From an uncultured Spirochaetales bacterium (GTDB lineage: Bacteria; Spirochaetota; Spirochaetia; JAFGDJ01), in NCBI GenBank assembly GCA_964410865.1, contig CAYPIQ010000001.1, positions 180,118 through 244,117 of the forward strand: 64,000 nt of DNA, read 5' to 3'. A program made the translations under genes and the position numbers. This document shows positions 1 to 10,539 of the stretch, piece after piece; position 1 is the first letter of the stretch, and each line of letters opens with the position of its first letter. The notes under the pieces were generated by a model. The model had not been told where the DNA came from and searched no databases. It saw only the letters and a list, made by a program, of their open reading frames with translations.

Positions 1-1178
1 TCTATACCCATGGTATAAAAGAACACATTGCACGACTGGGCCAGCCCTTCCGAAAGATTCAAAGCCCCATGACCGCTTTTAACGTGGCAGTGAAACACCC
101 TGTCACCCAGCTTCATTTTACCCTCGCATGTCACTGTATCCTCAGGATTGAATACTTCCTCTTCCAATACTGCGGTGGTCATTATTATCTTAAAGGTGGA
201 TGCAGGCGGGTACGTTGATTGAATTGCCCTGTTCAGAAACGGGAACCGCGGATCGAGGGACAGCTCCCTGTATTCGTCCGATCCCCCTCGTTCGTTAAAT
301 ATGTTCGGATCATACCAGGGATACGATACAAGGGCCAGTACTTCACCCGTGGCCGGCTTTAACACAACCACTGATCCGATTCTTTCACCTAGGGCTTTTT
401 CACAGAGAGTCTGAATGTGCCTGTCTATTGTAAGCACAAGGTTCTTCCCGTTTTCAGGCGGTACTTCTTCACTTATCTCCGAGGCGATACTCTTGCCTTT
501 TACATCGACTGTACGGTAACTCACACCGTCTTCGCCCCTCAGCGTAAGGTCGTATTCTTTTTCTATGCCCGCTCTGCCGATAGCCGCATTCCTGTCGTAG
601 CCCTTATTATATAAGACCTGCAGATCTTCACTTGTAATATTACCGACATATCCTATAACGTGAGCAATCGAACCTGGTTCCAGATAACTTCGAATCGGTT
701 TGTTCCTCCAGGTAACGCCCGGGTAATCCTCAATCCTTTCCGCTATTACCGTTATCGTATCAAAAGATACTCCCGACATGATCTCTATAGGCTGATATAG
801 ATGGTAATATTGCGGCCGTATTTTCTCCCGTATACTTTCTGTAGATATGGAGAGGACCTCGGCCAGTTTCTCTATTAATACAGGCATCTCCCCTTCCGGT
901 ACCTCGGCAGGAATGACATTAACTGCAAAGGAAGGAATGTTCATAACCAGGGGTACATCGTAATGGCGATCGTATATTTCACCTCGTTGGGCAGGAATTG
1001 TGACAATGCGGCGGGCAACCTGTCTTGCCCTGTTCTGATATTCAACACCGTTAACAATCTGTAAACTGAAAAGATAGGCTGCATACACGGTAAAGGAAGA
1101 AACTATAATTATTATCAGCGCATAGTACCTTTTTTTCTTCGAAGCCGAGTCTTTGAAAGAAAAGCCTTTTTCATCCAT
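1..1178 (-). CDS. mrdA: Penicillin-binding protein 2 (peptidoglycan D,D-transpeptidase MrdA), 3' part runs off window start
   Basis: Hand translation of the minus strand from ATG at 1178..1176 gives MDEKGFSFKDSASKKKRYYALIIII(TM)...QRGEIYDRHYD...STYPPASTFKIIMTTA (SxxK motif STFK). Start ATG overlaps the mreD stop as ATGA. Not in the ORF track because it is truncated by the window edge. Confidence 0.85.
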   Translation of the reverse strand, partial: MDEKGFSFKDSASKKKRYYALIIIIVSSFTVYAAYLFSLQIVNGVEYQNRARQVARRIVTIPAQRGEIYDRHYDVPLVMNIPSFAVNVIPAEVPEGEMPVLIEKLAEVLSISTESIREKIRPQYYHLYQPIEIMSGVSFDTITVIAERIEDYPGVTWRNKPIRSYLEPGSIAHVIGYVGNITSEDLQVLYNKGYDRNAAIGRAGIEKEYDLTLRGEDGVSYRTVDVKGKSIASEISEEVPPENGKNLVLTIDRHIQTLCEKALGERIGSVVVLKPATGEVLALVSYPWYDPNIFNERGGSDEYRELSLDPRFPFLNRAIQSTYPPASTFKIIMTTAVLEEEVFNPEDTVTCEGKMKLGDRVFHCHVKSGHGALNLSEGLAQSCNVFFYTMGI

Positions 1179-1684
1179 CACTCTGTTTCCCGTTCATTCA
1201 TTCTTACAATTTTAAATAGATTCAGCAAGCCGAAGACAATAGGAGCAATGATAATATTAAGACCGACCTCTATCCAGAATTCCCGTGTAAACAGGGGGGT
1301 TGCCCTGCTTTCTACAAATATGAGTTTCAGGATGTACGCCAATACATTTTTACAAATAGTACCGGTTCCCGCAAAGATGATCGGCATAAGGACGGGATCG
1401 AAAAAAATAGTACCTTTGAACATCCCGGCTGAAAAACCGAACAACGTAAGGATAAAGGCGTGGAACCCGGGAGGAGCCAGGCTGAGAAGATCTTCTAAAA
1501 TACCCAGGATAAACCCGGTTCCCTGGGCCTTCAGGGAGCCCTGGTACACGGAAGAGAACAGAAAAAGGACAAATACTATATCAGGAACAACTCCAGCTAC
1601 CGTGAATCTGCGCAGCAGCGTTGTCTGAATAATAACAAAAACAGCGATGAATATCGTATGAAAAAGAAATGATCTTCTGTTCAC
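1178..1684 (-). CDS. mreD: Rod shape-determining protein MreD (polytopic membrane protein)
   Basis: 168-aa hydrophobic multi-TM ORF immediately downstream of mreC and overlapping the mrdA start; position in the mreBCD-mrdA cluster. Confidence 0.6.
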   Translation of the reverse strand: MNRRSFLFHTIFIAVFVIIQTTLLRRFTVAGVVPDIVFVLFLFSSVYQGSLKAQGTGFILGILEDLLSLAPPGFHAFILTLFGFSAGMFKGTIFFDPVLMPIIFAGTGTICKNVLAYILKLIFVESRATPLFTREFWIEVGLNIIIAPIVFGLLNLFKIVRMNERETE

Positions 1685-1690
1685 GTCCTT

Positions 1691-2530
1691 TCAATCCTTT
1701 AAGATAAAAACATACTCCAGCCGAGAGAAATCAATAATCGGTTCGACCCTGAGCTCCAGGGACGACTCCCATTCCTCGGCGTTCATCGCCCTAACCCTGC
1801 CGATGTATATGCCCTTGGGATACAGAGACTGCAAGCCTGAACTCGTTACCAAATCACCGTATTGTATTTCTTCTTTGGCCCGCTTTTTAACATAATCCAT
1901 TATGAGGTATTCGTCGGGGTTGCCTCCCCCCCGGATAAGGCCTTCGTACCTGGTATCCTGCAACCTGGCAGCTACATAACATGATTCATCATACAGGGGA
2001 ATTATTATCGAGGTAATAATCCCGGTTTCCACAACCTTGCCCACCAGGCCTTGAAATCCGTCCTGGAAGGCAATTACGGGCATATCTTTCTTGACGCCCT
2101 GCCGACGCCCCTTATTTATTACAATTGAACTGAATTCATTTCCCGGGTCCTTGGCGATTATTTCCGCCGGAATACGATCGAAGGAGAGGGAGGAGGCAAA
2201 TTCGAGTTGCTCCCGTAGCCTCTTGTTCTCGTTTACTATCTGAATATAATCCCGCTCGAGCTCCCGGTACTGGGCCAGTTTTTGTTGTAGTTCGTTGTAC
2301 TCGGTTTTGAGCCTTTTCAACTCCCCTACCGAGTTTATAGTATCCGATATAAGGCTTCCAATTTTAGAAACTCCGGATTGCAGAACAGAGACAACTGAAA
2401 ACCCGATTTTTTTTGGTTTTAAAACGATACTTTTTGTTGAAATGCTCAGCAATATGAGGCAGAGGAGCAGTAACCCGACAAGGGTGCTCCATTTTTTGTT
2501 TTTTTTAATAAATGTCGAGAAACGTGCCAT
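1691..2530 (-). CDS. mreC: Rod shape-determining protein MreC
   Basis: 279 aa with N-terminal TM anchor, coiled-coil (LKRLKTEYNELQQKLAQYRELERD) and C-terminal beta domains; sits between mreB and mreD. Confidence 0.8.
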   Translation of the reverse strand: MARFSTFIKKNKKWSTLVGLLLLCLILLSISTKSIVLKPKKIGFSVVSVLQSGVSKIGSLISDTINSVGELKRLKTEYNELQQKLAQYRELERDYIQIVNENKRLREQLEFASSLSFDRIPAEIIAKDPGNEFSSIVINKGRRQGVKKDMPVIAFQDGFQGLVGKVVETGIITSIIIPLYDESCYVAARLQDTRYEGLIRGGGNPDEYLIMDYVKKRAKEEIQYGDLVTSSGLQSLYPKGIYIGRVRAMNAEEWESSLELRVEPIIDFSRLEYVFILKD

Positions 2531-2703
2531 GGATCAGCTTTATTATGTCCGGCGGGTTTAATACCCCGCAGCTTGCTGCGTAATCTTCAAAGATTACGAA
2601 AAGGTCGGTACTTGTAAGAATGATCGGGGTATTAAAGACCGCCAACAATCCAATTCCTCACATATCCAACATACCCCGCTGCTTGCGGCGTGGCATGTTG
2701 ATT

Positions 2704-3744
2704 TTAGGTACCAACCGTATTATAGATGCTCCGTTTAGCCATCTCTTTTGTCTGTTCGAAATACATCCCGGCACCCCGTGCAACACATAGAAGCGGGTTT
2801 TCCGCAAGAATAACCGGTACACCGGTCTCCTTCGAAATAAGACGGGGCAAACCTTTTAAAAGAGACCCACCGCCGGTCATAACAATACCCCGTTCCACAA
2901 TATCGGCGGCAAGTTCCGGCGGAGTTTCACCCAGGGTATGTTTGATTTCTTCGATAACAGAATTCATCGGCTCCTGCAGTGCTTCTCTTACCTCGATTGA
3001 ATCTATTTCCAGCCTTCTAGGTAATCCTGTGATTGCGTCCGTCCCTTTGATCTCCATTTTTTCTATTTTCTTATCCGGAGATGCGTTTCCTATAGTTATC
3101 TTGAGGTTCTCGGCCGTTTGTTCTCCTATAATGAGGTTATGCACGCTTCTTACATGCTTGATAATCGCCTCATCGAACTCATCGCCCCCCAGGCGGATAG
3201 CCTTTGTTACAACCATCCCGCCGAGAGAGATAACGGAAATTTCCGTAGTTCCCCCTCCAATGTCGCACACCATATGTCCTGCGGGTTCAAAAATCGGTAT
3301 ATTTGCTCCTATTGCCGCAGCCAGTGATTCCTCAATAACCTTCACTTCCCTCGCGCCGGCCTTGTACGCGGCTTCTTCAACCGCCCTTCGCTCGACCTCG
3401 GTTATACACGTGGGTATACCGATAACCATCCGCGGTTTTACAAAGAGCTTTTTAGGGATAATTTTTGATATAAAGTATCTCAACATTATTTCTGTTGTTT
3501 CAAGATCAGCAATAACACCGTCTCTCAGGGGCCTGATGGCGATGATATCTCCTGGGGTCTTCCATAGCATGCGTTTGGCTTCGGCCCCAACCGCTACTAC
3601 CTTTTTGGTACCCCGTTCCACCGCCACCACCGAAGGTTCGCTTATAACGATACCCTTGCCCCTGACATGAACAAGGGTGTTGCATGTTCCCAGATCCATA
3701 CCAATATCGGAGGAAAAATTATCGAAAAAATTCTTAAGCCCCAT
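2704..3744 (-). CDS. mreB: Actin-like rod-shape protein MreB
   Basis: 346 aa, [27 protein letters not shown]..., actin/Hsp70 fold motifs ([18 protein letters not shown]). Confidence 0.95.
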   Translation of the reverse strand: MGLKNFFDNFSSDIGMDLGTCNTLVHVRGKGIVISEPSVVAVERGTKKVVAVGAEAKRMLWKTPGDIIAIRPLRDGVIADLETTEIMLRYFISKIIPKKLFVKPRMVIGIPTCITEVERRAVEEAAYKAGAREVKVIEESLAAAIGANIPIFEPAGHMVCDIGGGTTEISVISLGGMVVTKAIRLGGDEFDEAIIKHVRSVHNLIIGEQTAENLKITIGNASPDKKIEKMEIKGTDAITGLPRRLEIDSIEVREALQEPMNSVIEEIKHTLGETPPELAADIVERGIVMTGGGSLLKGLPRLISKETGVPVILAENPLLCVARGAGMYFEQTKEMAKRSIYNTVGT

Positions 3745-3756
3745 TCTTTTCTCTCC

Positions 3757-4725
3757 TTAACTATACAACTTCAGCCTGGCCCCGTAATGGTACGGATCCT
3801 CTTCCAGCGCTTTTCTCCAATGATACCTTGCCTTTGTCGTATCATCCATCTCTTCAAATATTACACCCAGGTAGTAATGGGCGTCGGCGGATTTTTCATC
3901 CTTCTCGAGAATTTTCATATACTGGTCCTGAGCTTTCAGATAGTCACCCTTGTCAAGATAAATCCTCCCAAGAAGGTATCTGCTTTTCTGCTCAATTGTA
4001 AAATCCGTTGTCCTGTTCAGAGTCCAGTGAAGATACTCTTCTGCTTTGTCTATATCATCCATTTTATAATAGGTTTGTGCAAGTACCATAAACAAAGTAT
4101 CGGAAGGATTTTTTTCAATTGCCTTGAGGTAGTAGTCCGCACTTGTTTCATATTCACCCAGATCGGAATACGCAAGAGCAAGGTATTCGTAGGTATCTTC
4201 CCCTGTATAACCGCTTTCCATCGAGGTTTCAAGATAACGTATTGCAAGATCGGTAAAATATTTCCCTTTTTGATAATACGTTTTCCCCAGGACGTATTCT
4301 ACCTTTCCCGTTAATTGGTTGTTCTTGTGAAGCAGCGCTTTTCTGAGATTAATGATTGCCTTATCGAAAATCGGTATCTTGTCCTCGAGGGAGAACATTG
4401 CGGCTCCCCTGTAAAAATACGAAAACCCGTTGAACACAAGGGCTTCGTAATACATGGGCTGCTCTTTGAGTACGCCTTCACAGAGTTCATTTATTTCTTC
4501 GTACTGCCGGTTGTTCCATAGTTCCATGATGCTTTGTTCATGCTCCCCGGACACATCGGTAATACCGCTGAAAAGTGTTCTGTCGTCGTCCAACAGGAAA
4601 AAGACTGCGACTCCGGCTGCAGCGAGCGCCACCGTCGGAATTAGAATCTTTTTGATAGAAAACCGTTTCGGCCTGTTACTGGAAAAGCCTTGTCTACTGT
4701 TCGGAAGGATCATCGCCTCTCCCAC
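3757..4725 (-). CDS. TPR-repeat protein with N-terminal membrane anchor
   Basis: 322 aa; TM segment then repeated ...A...YY.G....Y..A...Y..AL TPR-like units; 12 nt upstream of mreB. Confidence 0.55.
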   Translation of the reverse strand: MGEAMILPNSRQGFSSNRPKRFSIKKILIPTVALAAAGVAVFFLLDDDRTLFSGITDVSGEHEQSIMELWNNRQYEEINELCEGVLKEQPMYYEALVFNGFSYFYRGAAMFSLEDKIPIFDKAIINLRKALLHKNNQLTGKVEYVLGKTYYQKGKYFTDLAIRYLETSMESGYTGEDTYEYLALAYSDLGEYETSADYYLKAIEKNPSDTLFMVLAQTYYKMDDIDKAEEYLHWTLNRTTDFTIEQKSRYLLGRIYLDKGDYLKAQDQYMKILEKDEKSADAHYYLGVIFEEMDDTTKARYHWRKALEEDPYHYGARLKLYS

Positions 4726-4747
4726 GCCTGATTATAGAAATAAAATA

Positions 4748-5105
4748 GAGCAGGCCTGTAAGCCGGGTTCTGTCTAGGGTAATCATCTATCTTTCGCCGG
4801 ACCGTTTCCGGTCCGAATTCCGTGCAACCTACCCGCAGCATTGGGCGAACAACCCTGCTGCATACTTGGTTTTGCTCCTGATGAGGTTTACCCTGCACGC
4901 ACTGTTACCAGCGCGCCGGTGAGCTCTTACCTCGCCTTTTCACCCTTACCCTGCACCAATTCAAGAATTGGTGCAGGGCGGTATGTTTTCTGTGGCACTG
5001 TCTGTCGTACCGCCTGGGCGATACACCCGGGTGTTACCCGGCATCATGTTCTATGGAGCCCGGACTTTCCTCCGCCCCTAGGGACGGCGATTACCCGGCC
5101 TGCTC
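4748..5105 (-). ncRNA. rnpB: RNase P RNA, bacterial type A (rnpB)
   Basis: Minus-strand sequence carries the universal P4 halves GAGGAAAGTCCGGGCTCCATAG ... ACAGAACCCGGCTTACAG, plus GGTAAGGGTGAAAAGGCGAGGTAAGAGCTCACC and GGGTAAACCTCA modules. P1 pairs 5' GAGCAGGCC with 3' GGCCTGCTC. About 358 nt. The ORF-track ORFs 4841..5461(+) and 5053..5298(+) lying over it are spurious. Confidence 0.85.
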
Positions 5106-5137
5106 TACATTTATTCTCGGTACGTTATTGTCCGAAG

Positions 5138-5962
5138 TTAATCCTCATCCTCATCCTCGCCGAGATCGTCGAGATCGGCAAGGCTGCCGGTGGTCTCATC
5201 ATCAAAGAATGTTTCTTCTTCAATGTCCCCACCGTAGAACAATATCCTGCTGCAGTAGGGACAGAATTTTATATCGCTTCCAAGCCGTACTTCATTGACA
5301 AACTGCGCCGGCAGGACCATATGGCAACCGGTACAAACCACGTTACGTATAGGAACAATACCTACACCGGATTTGCTTCGAATTATTCTTTCGAACTTGA
5401 AGAGAATTTCTTCATCCAGTCCTTCATTTACTTCCGATTCACGTTTTTTCAGGTTATCTAGTTCTTTTTCCTTTTCCTTGCTTTCGTTTTTTATCTTTTC
5501 CTGTTCGTTGGCGAGGTCCTCTTCCTGCTGCTGTATCATCTTCTCCTCCCGTTCGAGGGATACATGCAGTTCTTCCTGGTCCTTCTCCTCCTTGATGATC
5601 TCTTTCAGTAACTGCTGCTCTTTTTCCGTAGCGTCCTTTATTTCTTTATCCAGGGCTTCGTATTCCCGCTGGGTTTTTATGAGATCCATCTGCTTTTCAT
5701 AGTGCTCGCGCAGCATTTCAGCTTCGGCGAGTTTCCCGCGCAATTCCGTAATGGTCCGTTTTATTTCATCCAGCCGGTTGTTTTTTTCCTGGTACGATTT
5801 TTTAAGCCTGTTTAATAATTCCGTTTTAGTAACCAGGCTCCTGGGAATATCATGTATTTCCCTTTCAATATCGTATTTCTGTGACAGGATATCCTGCAGA
5901 GTCCTTAATTTTTCGAACACTTCCTGCATCATGTGTATGTTCTCCTCAATTATCGACCTCAA
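5138..5962 (-). CDS. Coiled-coil protein with C-terminal C4 zinc ribbon (COG1579/DUF164-like), acidic tail
   Basis: 274 aa, long coiled-coil, [11 protein letters not shown]...[10 protein letters not shown] zinc ribbon, C-terminal [12 protein letters not shown]. Start overlaps the rpoD stop (5959..5962). Confidence 0.55.
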   Translation of the reverse strand: MRSIIEENIHMMQEVFEKLRTLQDILSQKYDIEREIHDIPRSLVTKTELLNRLKKSYQEKNNRLDEIKRTITELRGKLAEAEMLREHYEKQMDLIKTQREYEALDKEIKDATEKEQQLLKEIIKEEKDQEELHVSLEREEKMIQQQEEDLANEQEKIKNESKEKEKELDNLKKRESEVNEGLDEEILFKFERIIRSKSGVGIVPIRNVVCTGCHMVLPAQFVNEVRLGSDIKFCPYCSRILFYGGDIEEETFFDDETTGSLADLDDLGEDEDED

Positions 5963-7710
5963 TTATCGATATAATCTTTCAACCGTCTACTCCGTTTTGG
6001 ATTCCGGAGTCTTCGTAGTGCCTTTGCCTCTATCTGTCGTATTCTTTCCCGGGTAACGTTGAAATACAGCCCTACTTCTTCGAGGGTGAGGGAGTATCCG
6101 TCCTCCAGGCCGAAACGCATCTTCAATACTTCCTGCTCTCGCGGTGGAAGCGTATACAGTACATCCTGTAGTTGCTCCTGAAGTATTTTGAATGCGGTTT
6201 GGCTGGCCGGATTCTCAATATCCTTGTCTTCGATAAAATCACCCAGCAGCGAATCTTCTTCTTCTCCTATCGGCGTTTCCAGTGAAATCGGTTCCCTGGC
6301 GACATTTTTAACAGACTTTACCCGTATAACCGACCAGCCCAGTCTTTCAGCTATTTCTTCATCCGTCGGTTCCCGGCCCAGTATCTGCATGAGCTGTCTT
6401 GATTCCCGGATCACCTTGTTTATCTGCTCTATCATGTGCACCGGGACACGGATAGTTCTTGCCTGGTCCGAAATGGACCGTGTAATGGCCTGCCTTATCC
6501 ACCATGTCGCGTAGGTGCTGAATTTATACCCCTTGCGATATTCGAATTTTTCCACCGCTTTTATCAAGCCGATATTGCCTTCCTGTACGAGATCAAAGAA
6601 ATGAAGTCCCCGGTTGGTGTATTTTTTCGCAATACTGACCACAAGCCTCAGATTTGCCTGAATGAGCTTGTCCTTTGCGCTTTTCATCAATTGTTTTCCG
6701 TGGGATATTTCTTCAGCCCGTTTCAGGATATTATCGATATTTTCTTCGAATTCATACTCGAGGTGTCTCAGCTTCTTATCAGCCACCTGGATCTGCCGTA
6801 TTTTTTCTTTTATAACATCCGCGGGAAGATTGAGCTCGTCCTCGATCTTTCTCCGTTCCGATGCAATAGCCAGTCCGCGACCCATGTTCCGAATTTCTTT
6901 TATACTCGATATCCTCAGCCGTCGTTCTATCCGGTTCAGCTCCTTCCTGTACTTGTTTATTCTTCTTTCCGCCTGAAGAAATTTTTCTGAGAATGCCAGA
7001 ATCTCTTCCTGATGGAAGTCGACCTGGGATATTTTTTTAATAAGGGCTTTGCTTTTCTTCTTTAAGTCATGATCTTCCAGTATATTCCCGCCTGTGGCGT
7101 AGACCTTTTTTTTGGCATCCATATACTGTTTGATATCCGCTGACAATTCTTTAAGCGGTTCCCGGTAAAACTGATTCAGACGTCTTCTTTCCGCCAGTAA
7201 TTCGGAAATCTCTTTCTTCGTCAACTCCAGTTCTTTCGGATCGATCCTGGAGAATATTTTCTGTATCAAAGCGGAAATTTCCGGGATAATCATTCCCGAT
7301 CCTTTAATAACCTCTCTGATAATATTTTCCCCATCTTCCATTTGTTTAGATAGTTCTACTTCCTGTTCGGCAGTGAGCAGATTTTCCCTGCCTATTTCCC
7401 TCAGATAGAGACGAATAGGATCATCCACCGATGTTTCTTTTTCGTTGAAGACGATCCGTTTTTTCCTGTGGGAGTCGTTATCCTCCTGTACCTGCTCCGC
7501 TTCCTGATCGGCTTCGTCTTCACTCTGTAAATCTTCTTCCTCGAGATTGATGTTATTTTTCTCGAGCAAACTGATAACCTTCTCGATTTTATCAGAATTT
7601 ACTATAGAGTCGGGAAGGAAATCGTTCATCTCATCATAACTGATGCTTTTCTTTGTCTTTGCATATTCCAGCAGTTTCATAACCGCCGGATCCGCCTGGA
7701 GATCTGTCAT
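5959..7710 (-). CDS. rpoD: RNA polymerase primary sigma factor sigma-70
   Basis: 583 aa; acidic region 1.1, then regions 2-4 ([78 protein letters not shown]; [28 protein letters not shown]). Confidence 0.95.
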   Translation of the reverse strand: MTDLQADPAVMKLLEYAKTKKSISYDEMNDFLPDSIVNSDKIEKVISLLEKNNINLEEEDLQSEDEADQEAEQVQEDNDSHRKKRIVFNEKETSVDDPIRLYLREIGRENLLTAEQEVELSKQMEDGENIIREVIKGSGMIIPEISALIQKIFSRIDPKELELTKKEISELLAERRRLNQFYREPLKELSADIKQYMDAKKKVYATGGNILEDHDLKKKSKALIKKISQVDFHQEEILAFSEKFLQAERRINKYRKELNRIERRLRISSIKEIRNMGRGLAIASERRKIEDELNLPADVIKEKIRQIQVADKKLRHLEYEFEENIDNILKRAEEISHGKQLMKSAKDKLIQANLRLVVSIAKKYTNRGLHFFDLVQEGNIGLIKAVEKFEYRKGYKFSTYATWWIRQAITRSISDQARTIRVPVHMIEQINKVIRESRQLMQILGREPTDEEIAERLGWSVIRVKSVKNVAREPISLETPIGEEEDSLLGDFIEDKDIENPASQTAFKILQEQLQDVLYTLPPREQEVLKMRFGLEDGYSLTLEEVGLYFNVTRERIRQIEAKALRRLRNPKRSRRLKDYIDN

Positions 7711-7715
7711 TATTC

Positions 7716-9545
7716 TCAGCCTTTATATCGTGAAAGTTCTTTATCCAGGTAAACTTTCTCTGCGATAAGTTTCCTCTCTTCTTCGAGATCACCACCCTGT
7801 GATCTGTTTTTCCGTAAGCTTCTCTCTATTTCTTCCCTTTTTTTTAAAAGACTTCTCTCCTTTATTCTTTCGACTCCGTCATGAATCAACGTATCTACAT
7901 TAATATTGAATTCCTCGTTGTTTATTTTTTCTATAATTATTTCTTTGAGCTCCTCGTTATCTACCTTTTCAAGGAGCTTTTCCATGCTTTCTTCATCCTG
8001 CCTGTAGCATTCCTCCAGTGCGATGAACAGTTCTTTACCTCGTGTATCTTCAAAATCTTCGGGAGTCAAACGTGACCGGACATAGGGGAAATATGACCTG
8101 TGGTCCGTAACGGCAAGTAATAAAAAAAGATCGAACGACACGTCTCTTGATCTTTTTTCTTTATTGTCTCCTGTCGATTTCCAGCTTTTATCTTGTGATC
8201 CTTCGAAATCACCGGTTACACTGTGATAACTCAATCCAAGTTCATCTGCAAGAAAGGTAAGATACTCTTCTTTGCGGACCTCCGAACTCGCAGATCCAAT
8301 AAAGGAATACAATTCCCCTAAGATACCACTTCTCTCTGCCGAGCTGCTTGTTCTATAAGACTCGCCGGCCTTTTTTACCAGGTATTCAAATGTATTTATA
8401 GGATATTTTACCAGAATTTGCAACGCTTCCGGCCCTTCTTTTTCCAGAATCTCCGCCGGATCGCTTCCGGCCGGTAATTCTACTATGCTGTTTTCCAACT
8501 CGAGATTTTCACAAAGGGCTCCCGCCCTCCCGGCAGCCTTCAAGCCGGCTTCATCTCCATCAAAAACCAACACGCATGACCGGGCGAATCTTCGTATGCA
8601 CAACACCTGTTCCCTGGTCAGGGACGTCCCTAGGGGCGCTACGGCGGATTGTATACCGGCCTGATGCATGGCCAGAACATCTAGGTAGCCTTCAACAACG
8701 ATACACCTGTCCTCTTTTCTTATGCTTTCCAAAGCCTGTGCAAGGCCGTACATGTAGGATTTTTTCCTGTAAATCGGAGTATCCGGAGAATTAATGTACT
8801 TCGGTCCTTCATCCTTCAGAGATCTTCCACCAAAAGCCACCGTGTTTCCCTTCATATCTTGAATAGGAAATATAATCCTCCCTGTAAAAAGGCTTCTCCT
8901 GGGATTCTTCCGCGTAAAAAGCCCTGTTTTTTCCAGGAACTCATCCGAATAGTTCCGTTTAATAAGAAATTTGTACAGCCAGTCCGGTTGAGCCGGGGCG
9001 TAACCGATACGGAAGTTTTCTATTGTGTCCCTGCTTATACCACGTCTTAGCAGATACTCCAGAGCCGGCTTTCCTTCATCCCTGGAAAGGAGGATGTAGT
9101 GATAGCTGTTTGTCACCCGGCGGTGCAGATCGATAAGCGTACCTCTCAGCGAGGACCACTCTTCCGCCCCTTTTCCCTCCTCGTACTCCTGCAGTTCTAC
9201 CCCCGCCTTCTTGGCCAGTAAACGGACGGATTCCGGGAAACTGAGTTTTTCCATCTCCATAATAAACGAGAAGAGCGTGCCGCCCTTATGACAGCCGAAA
9301 CAGTAGAAGAGCTTCTTTTCCCTGTTTACCGAAAAGGACGGGGTTTTTTCATGATGAAAGGGACACAGTCCCATATACCGTCCACCGGCCTTCTTGAGCT
9401 GGACATATTCACCCACCACATCAACCATATCGAGCCTGTCCTGTATCTCGTTTATAGTTTCTTCAGGAATTCCCATGGGATTATTCGTCCGATCCTCAAT
9501 AATTTCGTTTGATATAAAACGTATAGGCCTGGTTGTGTTCTCCAA
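7716..9545 (-). CDS. dnaG: DNA primase
   Basis: 609 aa; CHC2 zinc finger [35 protein letters not shown] ([25 protein letters not shown]); 5 nt upstream of rpoD. Confidence 0.9.
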   Translation of the reverse strand: MENTTRPIRFISNEIIEDRTNNPMGIPEETINEIQDRLDMVDVVGEYVQLKKAGGRYMGLCPFHHEKTPSFSVNREKKLFYCFGCHKGGTLFSFIMEMEKLSFPESVRLLAKKAGVELQEYEEGKGAEEWSSLRGTLIDLHRRVTNSYHYILLSRDEGKPALEYLLRRGISRDTIENFRIGYAPAQPDWLYKFLIKRNYSDEFLEKTGLFTRKNPRRSLFTGRIIFPIQDMKGNTVAFGGRSLKDEGPKYINSPDTPIYRKKSYMYGLAQALESIRKEDRCIVVEGYLDVLAMHQAGIQSAVAPLGTSLTREQVLCIRRFARSCVLVFDGDEAGLKAAGRAGALCENLELENSIVELPAGSDPAEILEKEGPEALQILVKYPINTFEYLVKKAGESYRTSSSAERSGILGELYSFIGSASSEVRKEEYLTFLADELGLSYHSVTGDFEGSQDKSWKSTGDNKEKRSRDVSFDLFLLLAVTDHRSYFPYVRSRLTPEDFEDTRGKELFIALEECYRQDEESMEKLLEKVDNEELKEIIIEKINNEEFNINVDTLIHDGVERIKERSLLKKREEIERSLRKNRSQGGDLEEERKLIAEKVYLDKELSRYKG

Positions 9546-10527
9546 GACTTCTCGAAAAGTAATGCCTCCCAGCCTCAGGGTCTTTCAGAACAAAGTACAG
9601 GTAATCGCTCTGTTCAGGATGAAACGCCGCATCCAGGGCAATAAACCCGGGATTGGAAATCGGTCCGGGCGGAAGCCCCTCATGGCGATAGGTATTATAC
9701 TCCGAATGTATTTCCAGGTCGTCGTAGGTCAGTCTTTCCGGATGCTCCCGGCCTTTTTCTTCCGTAAGGGCATATACCACGGTGGCGCAGGAACCCAGGG
9801 TCATGCCTTCCTCGAGTCGATTATAGAATACCGAAGCAATCAAGGGGGCTTCAGCCGCATCCCGATACTCACGCTCTATGATAGATGCAAGTATAACCCT
9901 CTCGTACACCTCGGCCTTCGGCATATCGGACCATTGCGGATATATGTCTGTCAGCGTCGCAAAAAACATATCAATCATGTGGGCTACTATACGTTCAGCC
10001 GGGTAGTCTCTTGGAAAATAGTACGTATCAGGATAGAGGAATCCTTCAACGGAACTGTTTTTTCTCGAACCGGTTCTCTCGATAAACTCCGGAATACGGC
10101 AGGCTTTTCCGAACTCTTCGGAATCCGTTATCCCCTTCTCTTCCAGGAGATCCCCGATCATTCTCGAGGTCCATCCTTCCGGTATAGTCACCTTGAAGAG
10201 CATCTGATTCCCCGAGACAAGCAGATTATGCACATCCGTGGTAGAATAGTCCGGCTCGATTCTGTAGAGCCCGGATTTCATTCGGCCTCCGGTATTATAC
10301 ACTTTGCCCAGAACTCTGAAGAGAAAACTCGATTTAATACAGTCTTCTTCTTCGAGCCTGTTCGCAATATCCGCCAGGGTATCCCCGTTTTCAACGGTAA
10401 ATACGACTCCTTCTTCCGGTATATACTCAGAGGGCCGGTTCATACTATAAAAAAGTACCAAAAGACCGGCTGCTGCAGCAGAAACTAGGCACAGGAAAAT
10501 AATGAGAATTCTTATGCTACGGCTCAT
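9496..10527 (-). CDS. mltG: Endolytic murein transglycosylase MltG (YceG family)
   Basis: 343 aa, N-terminal TM, YceG-like motifs (LASIIEREY, GLPPGPISNPG); 3' end overlaps the dnaG start by 50 nt. Confidence 0.8.
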   Translation of the reverse strand: MSRSIRILIIFLCLVSAAAAGLLVLFYSMNRPSEYIPEEGVVFTVENGDTLADIANRLEEEDCIKSSFLFRVLGKVYNTGGRMKSGLYRIEPDYSTTDVHNLLVSGNQMLFKVTIPEGWTSRMIGDLLEEKGITDSEEFGKACRIPEFIERTGSRKNSSVEGFLYPDTYYFPRDYPAERIVAHMIDMFFATLTDIYPQWSDMPKAEVYERVILASIIEREYRDAAEAPLIASVFYNRLEEGMTLGSCATVVYALTEEKGREHPERLTYDDLEIHSEYNTYRHEGLPPGPISNPGFIALDAAFHPEQSDYLYFVLKDPEAGRHYFSRSLGEHNQAYTFYIKRNY

Positions 10528-10539
10528 CCAGGGAGTGTC

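Noticed and set aside
417-614. 65-aa plus-strand ORF at the window start
   Set aside because: Embedded antisense inside the mrdA (PBP2) coding region.
2726-3670. 314-aa plus-strand ORF antisense to mreB, and similar long antisense ORFs (9394..10488 opposite mltG, 33840..34973 opposite ffh, 38606..39385 opposite smc, 25509..26144 opposite rnc/acpP, 46420..46935 opposite the SDH-family gene)
   Set aside because: Each lies entirely within a confidently identified conserved gene on the other strand and has low-complexity, Ser/Pro/Arg-rich composition typical of antisense frames in GC-balanced DNA.
4841-5461. ORF-track CDS candidates (4841..5461+, 5053..5298+, 4710..4898-) in the TPR-to-Zn-ribbon gap
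   Set aside because: The region is fully explained by a type-A RNase P RNA on the minus strand; the ORFs have no RBS or motif support.
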